DNA of 40,006 nt from Thermomicrobiales bacterium (GTDB lineage: Bacteria > Chloroflexota > Chloroflexia > Thermomicrobiales > JALYUS01), in NCBI GenBank assembly GCA_038230615.1, contig JBBRMX010000003.1:1-40006 (forward strand), given 5' to 3'. Positions 9,429-18,804 of the stretch are shown here, one piece after another; the first letter of the stretch is position 1; every line of letters starts with the position of its first letter. The translations under genes were made by a program, and so were the position numbers. Below the pieces are notes generated by a model. That model worked only from the letters and a program-made list of their open reading frames with translations. It had not been told where the DNA came from and searched no databases.

Positions 9429-10646
9429 ATGCTACAACCAACTGTCCCCCCCATGACCCTTCTGCTCACTGACGCTCTACAAACCGAAATGCAGATCGGG
9501 CGCGTTTTGCAGGGGCAAATCGCCCAGACGAATGTTCCCGAACTGCGGCAGCAAATGGAGCGACACCTCCAAGAAACCCTCGCGCAGCAAGACCGCCTCG
9601 CGCAGCGGTTGCAAGAGCTCGGCACTGCGCCGCAATCGCAGCCCGCGATGCCTTCGCCCTTTATGGCGTTGTTGCAGGCGGCGGAGCAGGCAACCGCTGT
9701 CCCAATCGCCCCACAGGATGAAGACTTCGCGCTGATGCGAAACTCGTGGACAGCGTTTGCGACCGAAAATTATGAGGTCGCAATGTATCGCACGCTCGAA
9801 GCCCTTGCCAACGAACTTGGCGACGAAATGACTGCGACCCTTGCCCGCCAGAACCGCAAAGAAGAAGAGATGATGGCGCGATTCCTCGAAGGACACGTCA
9901 TTGATGTGGTAAATCTCGTGGAGGCACCGTCGCTGGCATCGGCAGCACACGGGCTGACGCACGAAGCAGCGATGGCAGGTGCGGCGCAGGTGCCGGGTGC
10001 CGTCCATGATACGCAAGTCACGAATGCTCCCGGTGTCGCATCCGACGTAACCCATATCGGACCCGCCACGGGCAACGAATGGAACCTCAATGCGGGCCAG
10101 ATACGGGCGCAGTGGGAACAATCCCGTGACCCAAGCACCGCATATCAGTGGAGCGAGGCGGAGCCGTACCAGCGATTTGGCTACGAATCTGCTGCCAGCG
10201 GGCGATACGTCGGCAAGCGGTGGGAAGATATTGAGCCGGACCTCCGTAGCGCGTACGAGGCGCAATTCGCACGCGGCGACGTAACCCCGACCTATGAAAC
10301 CCCCACCGTTGTAGGCGGTAATGAAGACCATCCTGATGTCTACAAGGGCGATGTCTACAAGGGCGATGTCTATGGCGATGAAGCCGTCGCTGCACCATCG
10401 GGACCTGCGGGCGCGATGCGAACGCCTGCACCACAGAGTACCCCAGTCCCGTCTCCGGGGGTGCAGTACACCGGACACAGCACCGCTGCAACACCGTCTA
10501 ACACCTTGACGCCTGCACCCCAGGGTGGCTGGGAGGCATTCCGTAGCGAGGCACGGCGCGGCTTCGAGAGTTACCGCCCCGCGACTGACCGTGCGACGAT
10601 GCCCGATGTGCCGCAGGATTCGCAATCCCGCACGATAGGGCGATAA
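9429..10646 (+). CDS. DUF892 (YciE/YciF ferritin-like) domain protein with long C-terminal extension
   Basis: ELRQQMERHLQET..Q.DRL and ENYEVAMYRTL motifs; GGAGG RBS at 9416-9420. Confidence 0.8.
   Translation: MLQPTVPPMTLLLTDALQTEMQIGRVLQGQIAQTNVPELRQQMERHLQETLAQQDRLAQRLQELGTAPQSQPAMPSPFMALLQAAEQATAVPIAPQDEDFALMRNSWTAFATENYEVAMYRTLEALANELGDEMTATLARQNRKEEEMMARFLEGHVIDVVNLVEAPSLASAAHGLTHEAAMAGAAQVPGAVHDTQVTNAPGVASDVTHIGPATGNEWNLNAGQIRAQWEQSRDPSTAYQWSEAEPYQRFGYESAASGRYVGKRWEDIEPDLRSAYEAQFARGDVTPTYETPTVVGGNEDHPDVYKGDVYKGDVYGDEAVAAPSGPAGAMRTPAPQSTPVPSPGVQYTGHSTAATPSNTLTPAPQGGWEAFRSEARRGFESYRPATDRATMPDVPQDSQSRTIGR
10335..10379 (+). repeat. 15-bp in-frame tandem repeat (DVYKG x2 plus a partial copy)
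   Basis: GATGTCTACAAGGGC twice, then GATGTCTATGGCGAT. Confidence 0.9.
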
Positions 10647-10666
10647 CTGGCGAGAGAGATCGGAAC

Positions 10667-10700
10667 AAGGAGCGGCGCGGGCATCGCGCCGCTCTTTCCT
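10667..10700 (+). terminator. Probable terminator
   Basis: AAGGAGCGGCGCG/CGCGCCGCTCTTT stem. Confidence 0.65.
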
Positions 10701-10746
10701 GTATGCTTCGCTGATGCCGTATCGTGGGTAATGGAAAGGAACCAAT

Positions 10747-11142
10747 ATGCCCGGTGTGCCGACTGCAAAACTGGAAAAAGAGCAATTCGTCAGCCTCACA
10801 ACCTTTCGTAAGGACGGACGCTCAGTACCAACCGCCGTCTGGTTCGGTATGGATGGCGACCGGCTCTATGTCTACACGCTTGGATCGTCCGGTAAGGTGA
10901 AGCGCATCCGGCGCAATGGGCATGTGACCGTCGCTCCGTGCGACCGCAGTGGCAAAGTGACCGGGGCGGCATTCGACGCCACCGCCCGCGTGCTCTCTGC
11001 CGACGAAGGCAAAGCGGCGGAGAAACTGATTACAAAGAAGTATGGCTTGCAGAAGCGGCTCTTCAGCGCGGTACAGACCTTGATTCGCCTCGTCCAGCGC
11101 CGCAAGCCGGACGGTGTCTACTTGGAGATCAGCCCTGCTTGA
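10747..11142 (+). CDS. PPOX-class F420-dependent oxidoreductase (Rv2061-like)
   Basis: SLTTFRKDGRSVPTAVWF and SGKVKRIRRN..VTVAPCD..G motifs. Confidence 0.88.
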   Translation: MPGVPTAKLEKEQFVSLTTFRKDGRSVPTAVWFGMDGDRLYVYTLGSSGKVKRIRRNGHVTVAPCDRSGKVTGAAFDATARVLSADEGKAAEKLITKKYGLQKRLFSAVQTLIRLVQRRKPDGVYLEISPA

Positions 11143-11944
11143 TCGCGGTCAGGTGCAGCCCCGTCGCCCACGGATTGCGCTTCAGCAGGGTGTCTTCCCA
11201 GTACGACAGCCGCCACGTCGGAAAGAAAACGACACGCTGCACCGCCTTCGTGATCGCCGCATCGCGCCCGGTCGGGGTGTGTCGCAACCGCTCCCGTCCC
11301 CAGTAATCCACGATGTCATGCACCTGCCCGACAAGATGGAACGAGTACGAAAGGTCGGTCGGGGTCATACTATGCTGCCGGAAAATGCGCGTGATGCTGC
11401 GCGTCGTGAGCCGCTGGATGTGCCCGACGTGATCGTGTTTCCATTGGTGAATCGGGATACGACTGCTGCCCGAAAGGGCGCGAAAGAGCGTCATCGGCTG
11501 TGCTTCCAGCGGTACGAAACCGTGGAAGACCCCGCCCGGTTTGAGCATCCGGGCAATTTCCCCCACGCACTGCCCGATATCTGGCACATGCTCTAAGAGA
11601 TCGAACAGCAGCACAATATCGTAGCCGTGTATCGGGGCGGGCATGTGTGCGGCATCGCCGACAAGATACGCACCGCTATCGCCCGCCCGCACTGCTTCGC
11701 GGATCGCGGAGATGCTCAGGTCGCTGCCGACAAGCGAGAGGTCGGGGCGGTAGTGGTGCAGGGCGCGGTTGTGCCGCCCCGCCCCACAGCCAAGCAGCAT
11801 ACACGCCCCCGAATGCTCCGCAATCGCGTCGAGGGCGCGTTGCAAACGCAGACCGCCCATTGTGCGCTCGGTTGCGGTGATGCTTCCCCGCCCCTGAATC
11901 GTTGTCTCATCCTCATAATCGAAATCCACTACCGCCTCTGTCAT
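11129..11944 (-). CDS. Class I SAM-dependent methyltransferase
   Basis: GCGAG, GSDLS, VGDA, LLEHV and LKPGG motifs. Confidence 0.85.
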   Translation of the reverse strand: MTEAVVDFDYEDETTIQGRGSITATERTMGGLRLQRALDAIAEHSGACMLLGCGAGRHNRALHHYRPDLSLVGSDLSISAIREAVRAGDSGAYLVGDAAHMPAPIHGYDIVLLFDLLEHVPDIGQCVGEIARMLKPGGVFHGFVPLEAQPMTLFRALSGSSRIPIHQWKHDHVGHIQRLTTRSITRIFRQHSMTPTDLSYSFHLVGQVHDIVDYWGRERLRHTPTGRDAAITKAVQRVVFFPTWRLSYWEDTLLKRNPWATGLHLTAIKQG

Positions 11945-12004
11945 GCTTTCCCCTTGCGGGAGTAACGAGGGAATGCAAGCATTTCGCTCGTTCCTTCCTC
12001 CGGA

Positions 12005-12817
12005 TTACGCCCGCGCTTCGCGGAGGCGGTCGAGCAATTCGACGAGATCAGCGGTGATGATCGTCGGTTCGATGCCGGTGGTGACAACTTCCTCACGTTG
12101 CGAGACGCCGGTGAGGACCAGCGCGGTGTATGCGCCGGTGCGGTTCGCGCCAAGAATATCGGTATCGAGGCGGTCGCCGATCATCAGCACCTCGGCGGGT
12201 GCCATCGCGAGTTGTTCGCACGCCTGCTCGAACATGTACTTCTCCGGCTTGCCGATCACGGTCGGATGGACATCGGTCGAAGCGACGAGGGCGGCGAGCA
12301 TCGCGCCGCATCCCGGTACCAGTCCTTCTTCGGTCGGCAAGGTTGTGTCCGGGTTCGTGCCGATAAATGCCGCCCCCGCACGGATGGCGAGACACGCTCG
12401 CTTGATGTCCGCGTAACTGAAATTGAGGTCTGTCCCGACGACCTGCACATCCGGGCGGCGATCTTCCCGCGTCAGCCCGCCTTCATCGTACAGCACCTCG
12501 TACAGTGCAGGCATTCCGACCGCGCCGACGGTGACATCCGCAGGGTAATGCGCCTTGATGTAATTGCGTACCGCAATCCCGGAGGTCAGCACCGTCTCTT
12601 TTTCGATATGAATGCCGTACCCCGCAAGGCGTTCGACATACATTTGTGCGGTGCTCATCGAGTTGTTCGTCGCCATCAGGCAAGGGACACCGTTCGCTTC
12701 CGCCCATGCGAAGATTTCCCGCGAGCCGGGGAGGAACTCTTTGCCGCGCCACAAGACGCCGTCCATATCGAACACGAGACCGCGAATATCGCGCAACCAC
12801 GCCAGAGAATCATGCAC
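12005..12817 (-). CDS. HAD-IIA family hydrolase (NagD-like)
   Basis: FDMDGVL, TNNS, TNPD, IGKP and MIGDRLDTDI motifs. GTG start with GGAGG RBS overlaps the hom stop. Confidence 0.92.
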   Translation of the reverse strand: MHDSLAWLRDIRGLVFDMDGVLWRGKEFLPGSREIFAWAEANGVPCLMATNNSMSTAQMYVERLAGYGIHIEKETVLTSGIAVRNYIKAHYPADVTVGAVGMPALYEVLYDEGGLTREDRRPDVQVVGTDLNFSYADIKRACLAIRAGAAFIGTNPDTTLPTEEGLVPGCGAMLAALVASTDVHPTVIGKPEKYMFEQACEQLAMAPAEVLMIGDRLDTDILGANRTGAYTALVLTGVSQREEVVTTGIEPTIITADLVELLDRLREARA

Positions 12818-13811
12818 GGAGTGCCTCCACATGGACGAAAAAGGGTCCGGGGTTCGCGCCGCGCACGACCCGTCCGGCTTCGACAATATCCGCCAGAATC
12901 GCGGCAGCAGTCGGTTGCGGTCCCGCACCCTGCCCGATGAGAAAGACCGGACCGACCGCATCCCCGGTGATCTCAACCGCATTGTAGTTCGCCCGCGTCG
13001 CACCGAGCGGGCTTGCCAGCGGCACGCAGGCGGGTGCAACACGTAGGTGGACACCGTTTGCGTCCATCGTCCCTTGGGCGAGCAATTTGATCGCCTCGCC
13101 CGCCGCTTTCGCCGCCGCAACATCGCCCGCAGAAACCGCTGTGATACCCGTGCGGTCTACCGTCGCGGGATCAATGGAGATACCAAAGCAGACCTGCGCC
13201 AGCACACACGCCTTGTAGGTCGCATCGAATGCTTCTACATCGGCGGTGGGGTCGGGTTCGGCGTAGCCGAGCCGTTGGGCTTCTGCAAGCGCATCGGCGT
13301 ACGCGGTACCGCTCTCCGCCATCGCGCTGAGGATGAAGTTCGTCGTGCCGTTGACGATGCCCCGAAACGCGGTGATGCGGTTCGCAGTCTGCAACTGCCG
13401 CAATGCCGCGAACAGCGGGATACCGCCGCCTACCGCCGCCTCGAACAAGAGCGGGGTATGATGCTGCACGGAGAGCGCGAACAACTCCGCACCGTGCTTC
13501 GCCAGCGTCTCTTTGTTCGCGGTCACGACGGGCTTTCCGGCACGCAGGGCGCGGGCAATGAGCGGATATGCCACATCGTCCCGCCCCGTTACCTCAACGA
13601 CGATCTGCACGGCGGGGTCGTCCACTACCGCTTCGCCGTCGGTATAGATGAGATCGGGCGAAAGTCCGGCGCGTGCGGCGCGTTCCGGTCCGCGCTCCAG
13701 CACTGCCACGAGCCGTACCGTATCCACGCCGCGTGCGTCCATTGCCCGCGCCACGGCGGTTCCGACCGTCCCCAAGCCCAACAACCCAATACCGACCGAT
13801 GCACCGTCCAC
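12810..13811 (-). CDS. hom: Homoserine dehydrogenase (no ACT domain)
   Basis: GLGTVG, VVTANK, FEAAVGGGIP, NGTTNFIL and GYAEPDPTADV motifs. GTG start chosen from GGAGG spacing. Confidence 0.93.
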   Translation of the reverse strand: MDGASVGIGLLGLGTVGTAVARAMDARGVDTVRLVAVLERGPERAARAGLSPDLIYTDGEAVVDDPAVQIVVEVTGRDDVAYPLIARALRAGKPVVTANKETLAKHGAELFALSVQHHTPLLFEAAVGGGIPLFAALRQLQTANRITAFRGIVNGTTNFILSAMAESGTAYADALAEAQRLGYAEPDPTADVEAFDATYKACVLAQVCFGISIDPATVDRTGITAVSAGDVAAAKAAGEAIKLLAQGTMDANGVHLRVAPACVPLASPLGATRANYNAVEITGDAVGPVFLIGQGAGPQPTAAAILADIVEAGRVVRGANPGPFFVHVEALRA

Positions 13812-13886
13812 ATTCGCCTCCATCCACACTGGCAGTTCCATCCTGCCGCGCCGCAGGATACCATAATCACTGCCCATTCACGCAAT

Positions 13887-14711
13887 TCACGCACGGTGGT
13901 CGCCGCTTCCTGCAGCGAACTGCGCGATTGCTTCGATACAGGCGGCATTTTCCCAGAGGAAAAGATGATGGCCGTCCGGGAGAATCCGCAGGGAGACATG
14001 CGGCGATGTTTCCGCCCATGCAACGACCGCCGCGAGGGGCGAGGTATGATCATCCCGCCCGTGGAGGGCAAGCACTGGCGTGGCGATGAGCGCACGCAGT
14101 GCCGGATCAAGATCGTGTTCAAGAACGCATCGCCGGAGGGTGCGCGAGTACGATTCCCATGTATGGAAGACCGCATCTTCCGCTACTTCGGGGGGAAACT
14201 GCGGGGCGATTTTCACCGCAAGCCGTGCAGAGACGGAAGGGGCGAAATGGATAAATCTGCAGATGACATGTGCCGCAGCACCGTTCGCCACGACCAGCCG
14301 CGCAAACCAGTCGCCATGTCCGCCGAGATATGCCCGTGCCTCTGCCGGACTTGCGTAGCGCGGCAACCCGAGCAGCACGATAGCCGCCACTTGCTTCGGG
14401 AAGCGTGCGGCAAACTCCACCGCCAGTATCGCCCCCAATGAGTGACCGACCAGCGTTACTGGCTGATCGAGCACGCCCCGATCAGCCAGCGTCCCGTGCA
14501 GGGCGTCGAGATGATCCGTAATGGTGTAGGCGCAATCGGCAGGTTTGGGCGACGCACCGAAACCGAGCAGATCGGGAAGAACGCAGCGATAGTTCTGCGG
14601 GAGCGTGCCGAGACGGTTCTGAAAGTAGCGGGAGGATGCGCCGATCCCATGCAGGAAAACCAGCGTCTGACCGCGCCCCTCGCTCCGGGTTTCGAGCGTA
14701 TAGAAGACCAT
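13887..14711 (-). CDS. Alpha/beta fold hydrolase
   Basis: FLHG, DLLGFGASPKP, GHSLG nucleophile elbow and HGRDD motifs, C-terminal His. Confidence 0.9.
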   Translation of the reverse strand: MVFYTLETRSEGRGQTLVFLHGIGASSRYFQNRLGTLPQNYRCVLPDLLGFGASPKPADCAYTITDHLDALHGTLADRGVLDQPVTLVGHSLGAILAVEFAARFPKQVAAIVLLGLPRYASPAEARAYLGGHGDWFARLVVANGAAAHVICRFIHFAPSVSARLAVKIAPQFPPEVAEDAVFHTWESYSRTLRRCVLEHDLDPALRALIATPVLALHGRDDHTSPLAAVVAWAETSPHVSLRILPDGHHLFLWENAACIEAIAQFAAGSGDHRA

Positions 14712-14752
14712 GCTGGTGCCTCCCGACGGGATCGTGCGCAGTGGGAAGATGG

Positions 14753-14793
14753 GCGAACACCCCTGCTATCGCCATGATAGCAGGGGTGTTCGC
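14753..14793. terminator. Perfect 18-bp inverted repeat downstream of pnp (terminator or 3' protective stem-loop)
   Basis: GCGAACACCCCTGCTATC-gccat-GATAGCAGGGGTGTTCGC; no U-tract on the minus strand. Confidence 0.6.
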
Positions 14794-14841
14794 GGCTTCG
14801 TATATCCCGCACCTACACGCAGGATACATGAGCAGGAGGGA

Positions 14842-17010
14842 TTAGTTCCGGCGCGGTCCGCGGTCGAAGCCACCGGCGGGGCGCGGTGCCTTCGGGGGCG
14901 GCATTTCGCCCGTCAGTACTGCCTTGCGGGAGAGGCTGACCTTGCCCTGCGGGTCAATATCCGTCACCATCACATTGATCTCGTCGCCCAATTGCACGAC
15001 ATCCTCGACGCGCTCGACACGGTTCGTCTCCAGTTCGGAGATGTGCACAAGACCGTCCTTGCCGGGAAAGAGTTCCACGAACGCCCCGAAGGGCATAATC
15101 CGCACAACCTTACCGAGGTAGATTTCGCCGATCTTCGCCTCGGCGGTCATGCGCTCGATCATCTCTTTAGCGCGGCGTGCGCCTTCCTGATTGACCGAGG
15201 AGATGAAGACGGAGCCGTCGTCTTCAATGTCAATCTTGGTATTGGTCTGCTCGGTCATGGCGCGGATATTCTTGCCGCCGGGACCGATAACCGCGCCGAT
15301 TTTTTCGGGATTGATCTTGATCGAAATGACGCTTGGGGCGTACTTCGACATTTCCTCACGCGGCGCGGCAATCGCTTCGAGCATTTTGCCGAGAATGAAC
15401 ATCCGTCCATCGTATGCCTGCGCGAGTGCCTGCCGCATGATGTCAAAGGTGATACCCTGCACCTTGATGTCCATCTGAATCGCGGTTACGCCCTCGGCAG
15501 TCCCCGCGACTTTGAAATCCATGTCACCAAGATGATCCTCGATGCCCTGAATATCCGTCAGCACCTTGAAATTGCCGCTGTCGTCGGTGATAAGCCCCAT
15601 CGCCACGCCCGCGACGGGTGCCTTGATCGGCACGCCCGCGTCCATGAGCGAGAGCGTGCTACCGCAGACGCTGCCCATCGAGGTGCTGCCATTGGACGAG
15701 ACCGCCTCAGAGACGAGACGCATTGTGTAGGGCCAGACTTCCTTCGAGGGGAGCACCGCAAGCAGGGCGCGGCGGGCAAGTTCGCCGTGACCGATCTCGC
15801 GCCGACCGACGCCACGCATCCGCTTCACTTCGCCCGTGGAATACGGAGGGAAGTTGTAGTGGTGAAGATACCGGCGCGACACTTCGTTGCCGATGCCGTC
15901 TATCATCTGGTCTTCACTGGTGGAGCCGAGCGTCAGCACATTGAGAATCTGCGTCTGCCCACGCGTGAAGATCGCGCTGCCGTGGGCGCGGGGCAGGACG
16001 CCCGCCTCGCACCAAATCGGGCGGATTTCGGTGAGGCTGCGCCCATCGGGGCGTTCGCCGTCTTTGAGGATGGCAGTGCGGACGACTTCCGACTCCAACT
16101 CCTCGAATGCGCCCATCGCCGCGCCGACCGACACCGCAGATTCCTCGCCCGCAGTCGCGGCAAAGTGCGCCTTTACCTCACCCTTCAGGGCGGAGAGGGC
16201 TTCCTGACGCTGCATCTTGTCGCCCTTGTAGATCGCATCCTGCATCCGTGTGCCGAGGAAACCGCGTACGGCATCGAGGGCAACGATGTTCTTCTCCGGC
16301 GGTGTCCACTCCCAGCGGGGCTTCCCGACGAGTGCCATCAGTTCGCGCTGCAAGGCAATGACGGGCTGGAAAGCGGCATGTCCCGCCTGCACCGCTTCCA
16401 GCACGGTCGCTTCCGGCAGAATATCCACGGTACCTTCGACCATCATCACGGCACGCTCGGTGCCTGCAACGACGACATCCATGCGGCTCTGTTCGAGCTG
16501 CGACACAGTCGGGTTGATGACCAATGCGCCATCAATGTAGCCGATGCGCGTCGCCGCGACCGGACCGCTGAACGGAATGCCGGAGAGCATCAATACCGTA
16601 GACGCGCCGATGATGGAGAGAATGTCGGGGTCATTCTCCTGATCCGCGCTCAACACCGTGGTAATGATTTGCACCTCGGCGCGGTAGCCGTCGGGGAACA
16701 AGGGGCGAATCGGTCGGTCGGTCAGGCGGGCAGCGAGTGTCGCCGCTTCGCTGGGACGACCTTCGCGCTTGATAAAGCCGCCGGGGATTTTGCCCGCAGC
16801 ATACATCCGCTCCTCGTATTCGACCGTGAGCGGGAAGAAATCGAGACCTTCACGCGGCTGCCGGTCGCCGCAGACGGTAGTAAGGACGATGGTGTCGCCG
16901 TACCGTACCGTGACGGATGCATCGGCGAGGGCGGCAATTTTGCCGGTTTCGATGGTAAGCGTGCGTCCACCAAACTCAGTAGTGACGGTGTGAATTGTAG
17001 GAAGTGCCAT
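14842..17010 (-). CDS. pnp: Polyribonucleotide nucleotidyltransferase (PNPase)
   Basis: FFPLTVEY, AGKIPGGFIKREGRP, RREIGHG and EDHLGDMDFKVAGT motifs; KH (IGPGGK) and S1 domains. Confidence 0.98.
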   Translation of the reverse strand: MALPTIHTVTTEFGGRTLTIETGKIAALADASVTVRYGDTIVLTTVCGDRQPREGLDFFPLTVEYEERMYAAGKIPGGFIKREGRPSEAATLAARLTDRPIRPLFPDGYRAEVQIITTVLSADQENDPDILSIIGASTVLMLSGIPFSGPVAATRIGYIDGALVINPTVSQLEQSRMDVVVAGTERAVMMVEGTVDILPEATVLEAVQAGHAAFQPVIALQRELMALVGKPRWEWTPPEKNIVALDAVRGFLGTRMQDAIYKGDKMQRQEALSALKGEVKAHFAATAGEESAVSVGAAMGAFEELESEVVRTAILKDGERPDGRSLTEIRPIWCEAGVLPRAHGSAIFTRGQTQILNVLTLGSTSEDQMIDGIGNEVSRRYLHHYNFPPYSTGEVKRMRGVGRREIGHGELARRALLAVLPSKEVWPYTMRLVSEAVSSNGSTSMGSVCGSTLSLMDAGVPIKAPVAGVAMGLITDDSGNFKVLTDIQGIEDHLGDMDFKVAGTAEGVTAIQMDIKVQGITFDIMRQALAQAYDGRMFILGKMLEAIAAPREEMSKYAPSVISIKINPEKIGAVIGPGGKNIRAMTEQTNTKIDIEDDGSVFISSVNQEGARRAKEMIERMTAEAKIGEIYLGKVVRIMPFGAFVELFPGKDGLVHISELETNRVERVEDVVQLGDEINVMVTDIDPQGKVSLSRKAVLTGEMPPPKAPRPAGGFDRGPRRN

Positions 17011-17210
17011 ATACACTGTTCTTCTTTCTCGGCGCATTCTGCGCCCGTAGATGTGTCCGGTCGTTCCGTTGCCGTTGCCATGTGGCTTGCTCAGGAACTG
17101 GAGGGTAGATGCGGCAGCCGTCCCAGCCACCCTCCAATGCCCAAGCCTTGCCGTCCTTCAGTTACGTAGCCGCAATGTGCATCGGCACCCCTTTCTCGCA
17201 CTCGCAGCGC

Positions 17211-17245
17211 AAAAAACCCAGAGAGGCAATTGCCCCCCTGAGTTT
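17211..17245 (-). terminator. Rho-independent terminator after rpsO
   Basis: Minus strand ACTCAGGGGGGC-AATT-GCCTCTCTGGGT then a T run. Confidence 0.75.
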
Positions 17246-17328
17246 CGGGTGTTGTATCGGCGCAATGACGGCGGCGTGATCTCCCGCACAAGGGGAATAT
17301 GTACGCTCCAACCGTCCGGTATCCGTGC

Positions 17329-17598
17329 TCAGCGACGCAAACCGAGGCGGGCAATCGTCGCACGGTATCGCTCGTTGTCTTTCGCGTTGAGATACGCGAG
17401 CAACCGGCGGCGACGACCGACGAGTTTGAGTAGCCCCCGGCGCGAGTGATGATCGTGGTCGTGCAGTTTGAGGTGCTCGATCAACTGGTTGATGCGTTCC
17501 GTCAGGAGCGCGATCTGGACTTCCGGAGAACCCGTGTCGCCTTCGTGTACCGCATAGTCAACGATGATTTCTGTCTTCTTCGGCTTCTGCAACGCCAT
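17329..17598 (-). CDS. rpsO: 30S ribosomal protein S15
   Basis: [33 protein letters not shown] and LGLRR motifs. Confidence 0.98.
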   Translation of the reverse strand: MALQKPKKTEIIVDYAVHEGDTGSPEVQIALLTERINQLIEHLKLHDHDHHSRRGLLKLVGRRRRLLAYLNAKDNERYRATIARLGLRR

Positions 17599-17654
17599 CG
17601 GCGTGCGCTCCTCCCGTGTTTGCGCTGGTTTGCGCGTTGAACCTATTATGCGCC

Positions 17655-17684
17655 ATTGTAGCACGACATGGGCAAACCGGGCAA
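17655..17684 (-). promoter_or_regulatory. Putative rpsO promoter
   Basis: TTGCCC-N18-TACAAT with extended -10 TG. Confidence 0.6.
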
Positions 17685-17735
17685 CCCTTGCAGATACTCA
17701 TGTTTCACGCCCCAGTTTGCCCTGTTTCTCACCCA

Positions 17736-18770
17736 TTACGGCGCAGGCGCACGCGGAGGCACCGGGTTCACGTTCGGCATCGGTGTTGCAGCAGGTGTCG
17801 GGGGAGCAAGTGTCGGGTCGCCCACAGCGGGGCGCGTTGGCGGGATCGGGTTGACTGTCGGACCGATTGTGGAGGTTGGGATGGTCGTAGCGGTCGGCAT
17901 CACGGTGACGATCGGCGTTGCGGTGACAGGGACGGGAACGCCCTCATATCGCCACTGATAGTAGTGCCGCCCGATGTTGCCGAACTCCACCTTGAATGCA
18001 TCCGGGTTGGTCGGTGTGTACGTCAGCACGCGCCGCTCGAATGCCTGTACCATCACGAAGCGATCCACGCCGCCTACTTTGACCATCGTGCCGAATGCTG
18101 CCGAAATCGGATACCCCATCGCGGAGAGATAGCCACCGGGGATCGTATTCAGGTAATCCACGAAGGCTTTCGGCACATTCTGTCCGAACCGCCCTGCGGG
18201 GTCGGCGATATATGCGACGAACGCGGTCTGCGGATCAGTTGATGCCGCTACAGGCAGGAAGGTGTTCGTCGCGGGGTCATACCCGAGGCTGAGCGAACCA
18301 TTTACCTGCGCCGCACGCTCCGGCAGTTGACCGAGCGCGGCGTACGTCGGACCGGGTGTACCGGGATCGCCCGCAATGCCGATGGATGCAGGCGCACGCT
18401 GCTGGAAGGAGTTATCGCCTAGTTGGAGGTTGCCGCTCTTGAGTTCCACCGTCAGCAGCCCATTCGTGACGCTGTTGTTGTTGGACGTGAGTTGCTCCAT
18501 GCGTGCTTTATCGAAATACTGCACGAGACGCACGCCGCTCTGCCCGTTGTAACTGCCCTCGACATACGGCTCCTGCTGCCCCTGTCGCGCTGTCTCCAGC
18601 GGTCCCCAGAAGTTGGGAATCGTCCGTTCGATGCCCGACCATTGCGTTTCGAAAAGCGGGCTGGCGAACTGGTTCGCTCCCTGCGTGAGGAGCGGCGCGG
18701 ACGCCAGCACCAGCGCACAGAGCGTCACCATTCCCCCGAAGATCAGATTGCGTCGTGTGTGTTTCGTCAT
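17736..18770 (-). CDS. Exported protein with conserved uncharacterised domain and Pro/Thr-rich tail (paralogue 1)
   Basis: Signal peptide with TRRNLI; RLVQYFDKARME and VQAFERRVLTY..N..FKVEFGNIG.HY..WRY motifs; GGAG RBS. Confidence 0.8.
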   Translation of the reverse strand: MTKHTRRNLIFGGMVTLCALVLASAPLLTQGANQFASPLFETQWSGIERTIPNFWGPLETARQGQQEPYVEGSYNGQSGVRLVQYFDKARMEQLTSNNNSVTNGLLTVELKSGNLQLGDNSFQQRAPASIGIAGDPGTPGPTYAALGQLPERAAQVNGSLSLGYDPATNTFLPVAASTDPQTAFVAYIADPAGRFGQNVPKAFVDYLNTIPGGYLSAMGYPISAAFGTMVKVGGVDRFVMVQAFERRVLTYTPTNPDAFKVEFGNIGRHYYQWRYEGVPVPVTATPIVTVMPTATTIPTSTIGPTVNPIPPTRPAVGDPTLAPPTPAATPMPNVNPVPPRAPAP

Positions 18771-18804
18771 TCCGTTATCTCCTTGTACCTATTCGTCGCT
18801 ACGA

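Noticed and set aside
10335-10379. Short tandem repeats as CRISPR or phase-variation elements
   Set aside because: In-frame 15-bp units without spacers; no cas genes
14710-17169. 819-aa plus-strand ORF and other long antisense ORFs (e.g. 19-1071, 13047-14441, 27707-29119)
   Set aside because: Shadow ORFs opposite well-supported genes in GC-rich DNA, with no recognisable motifs
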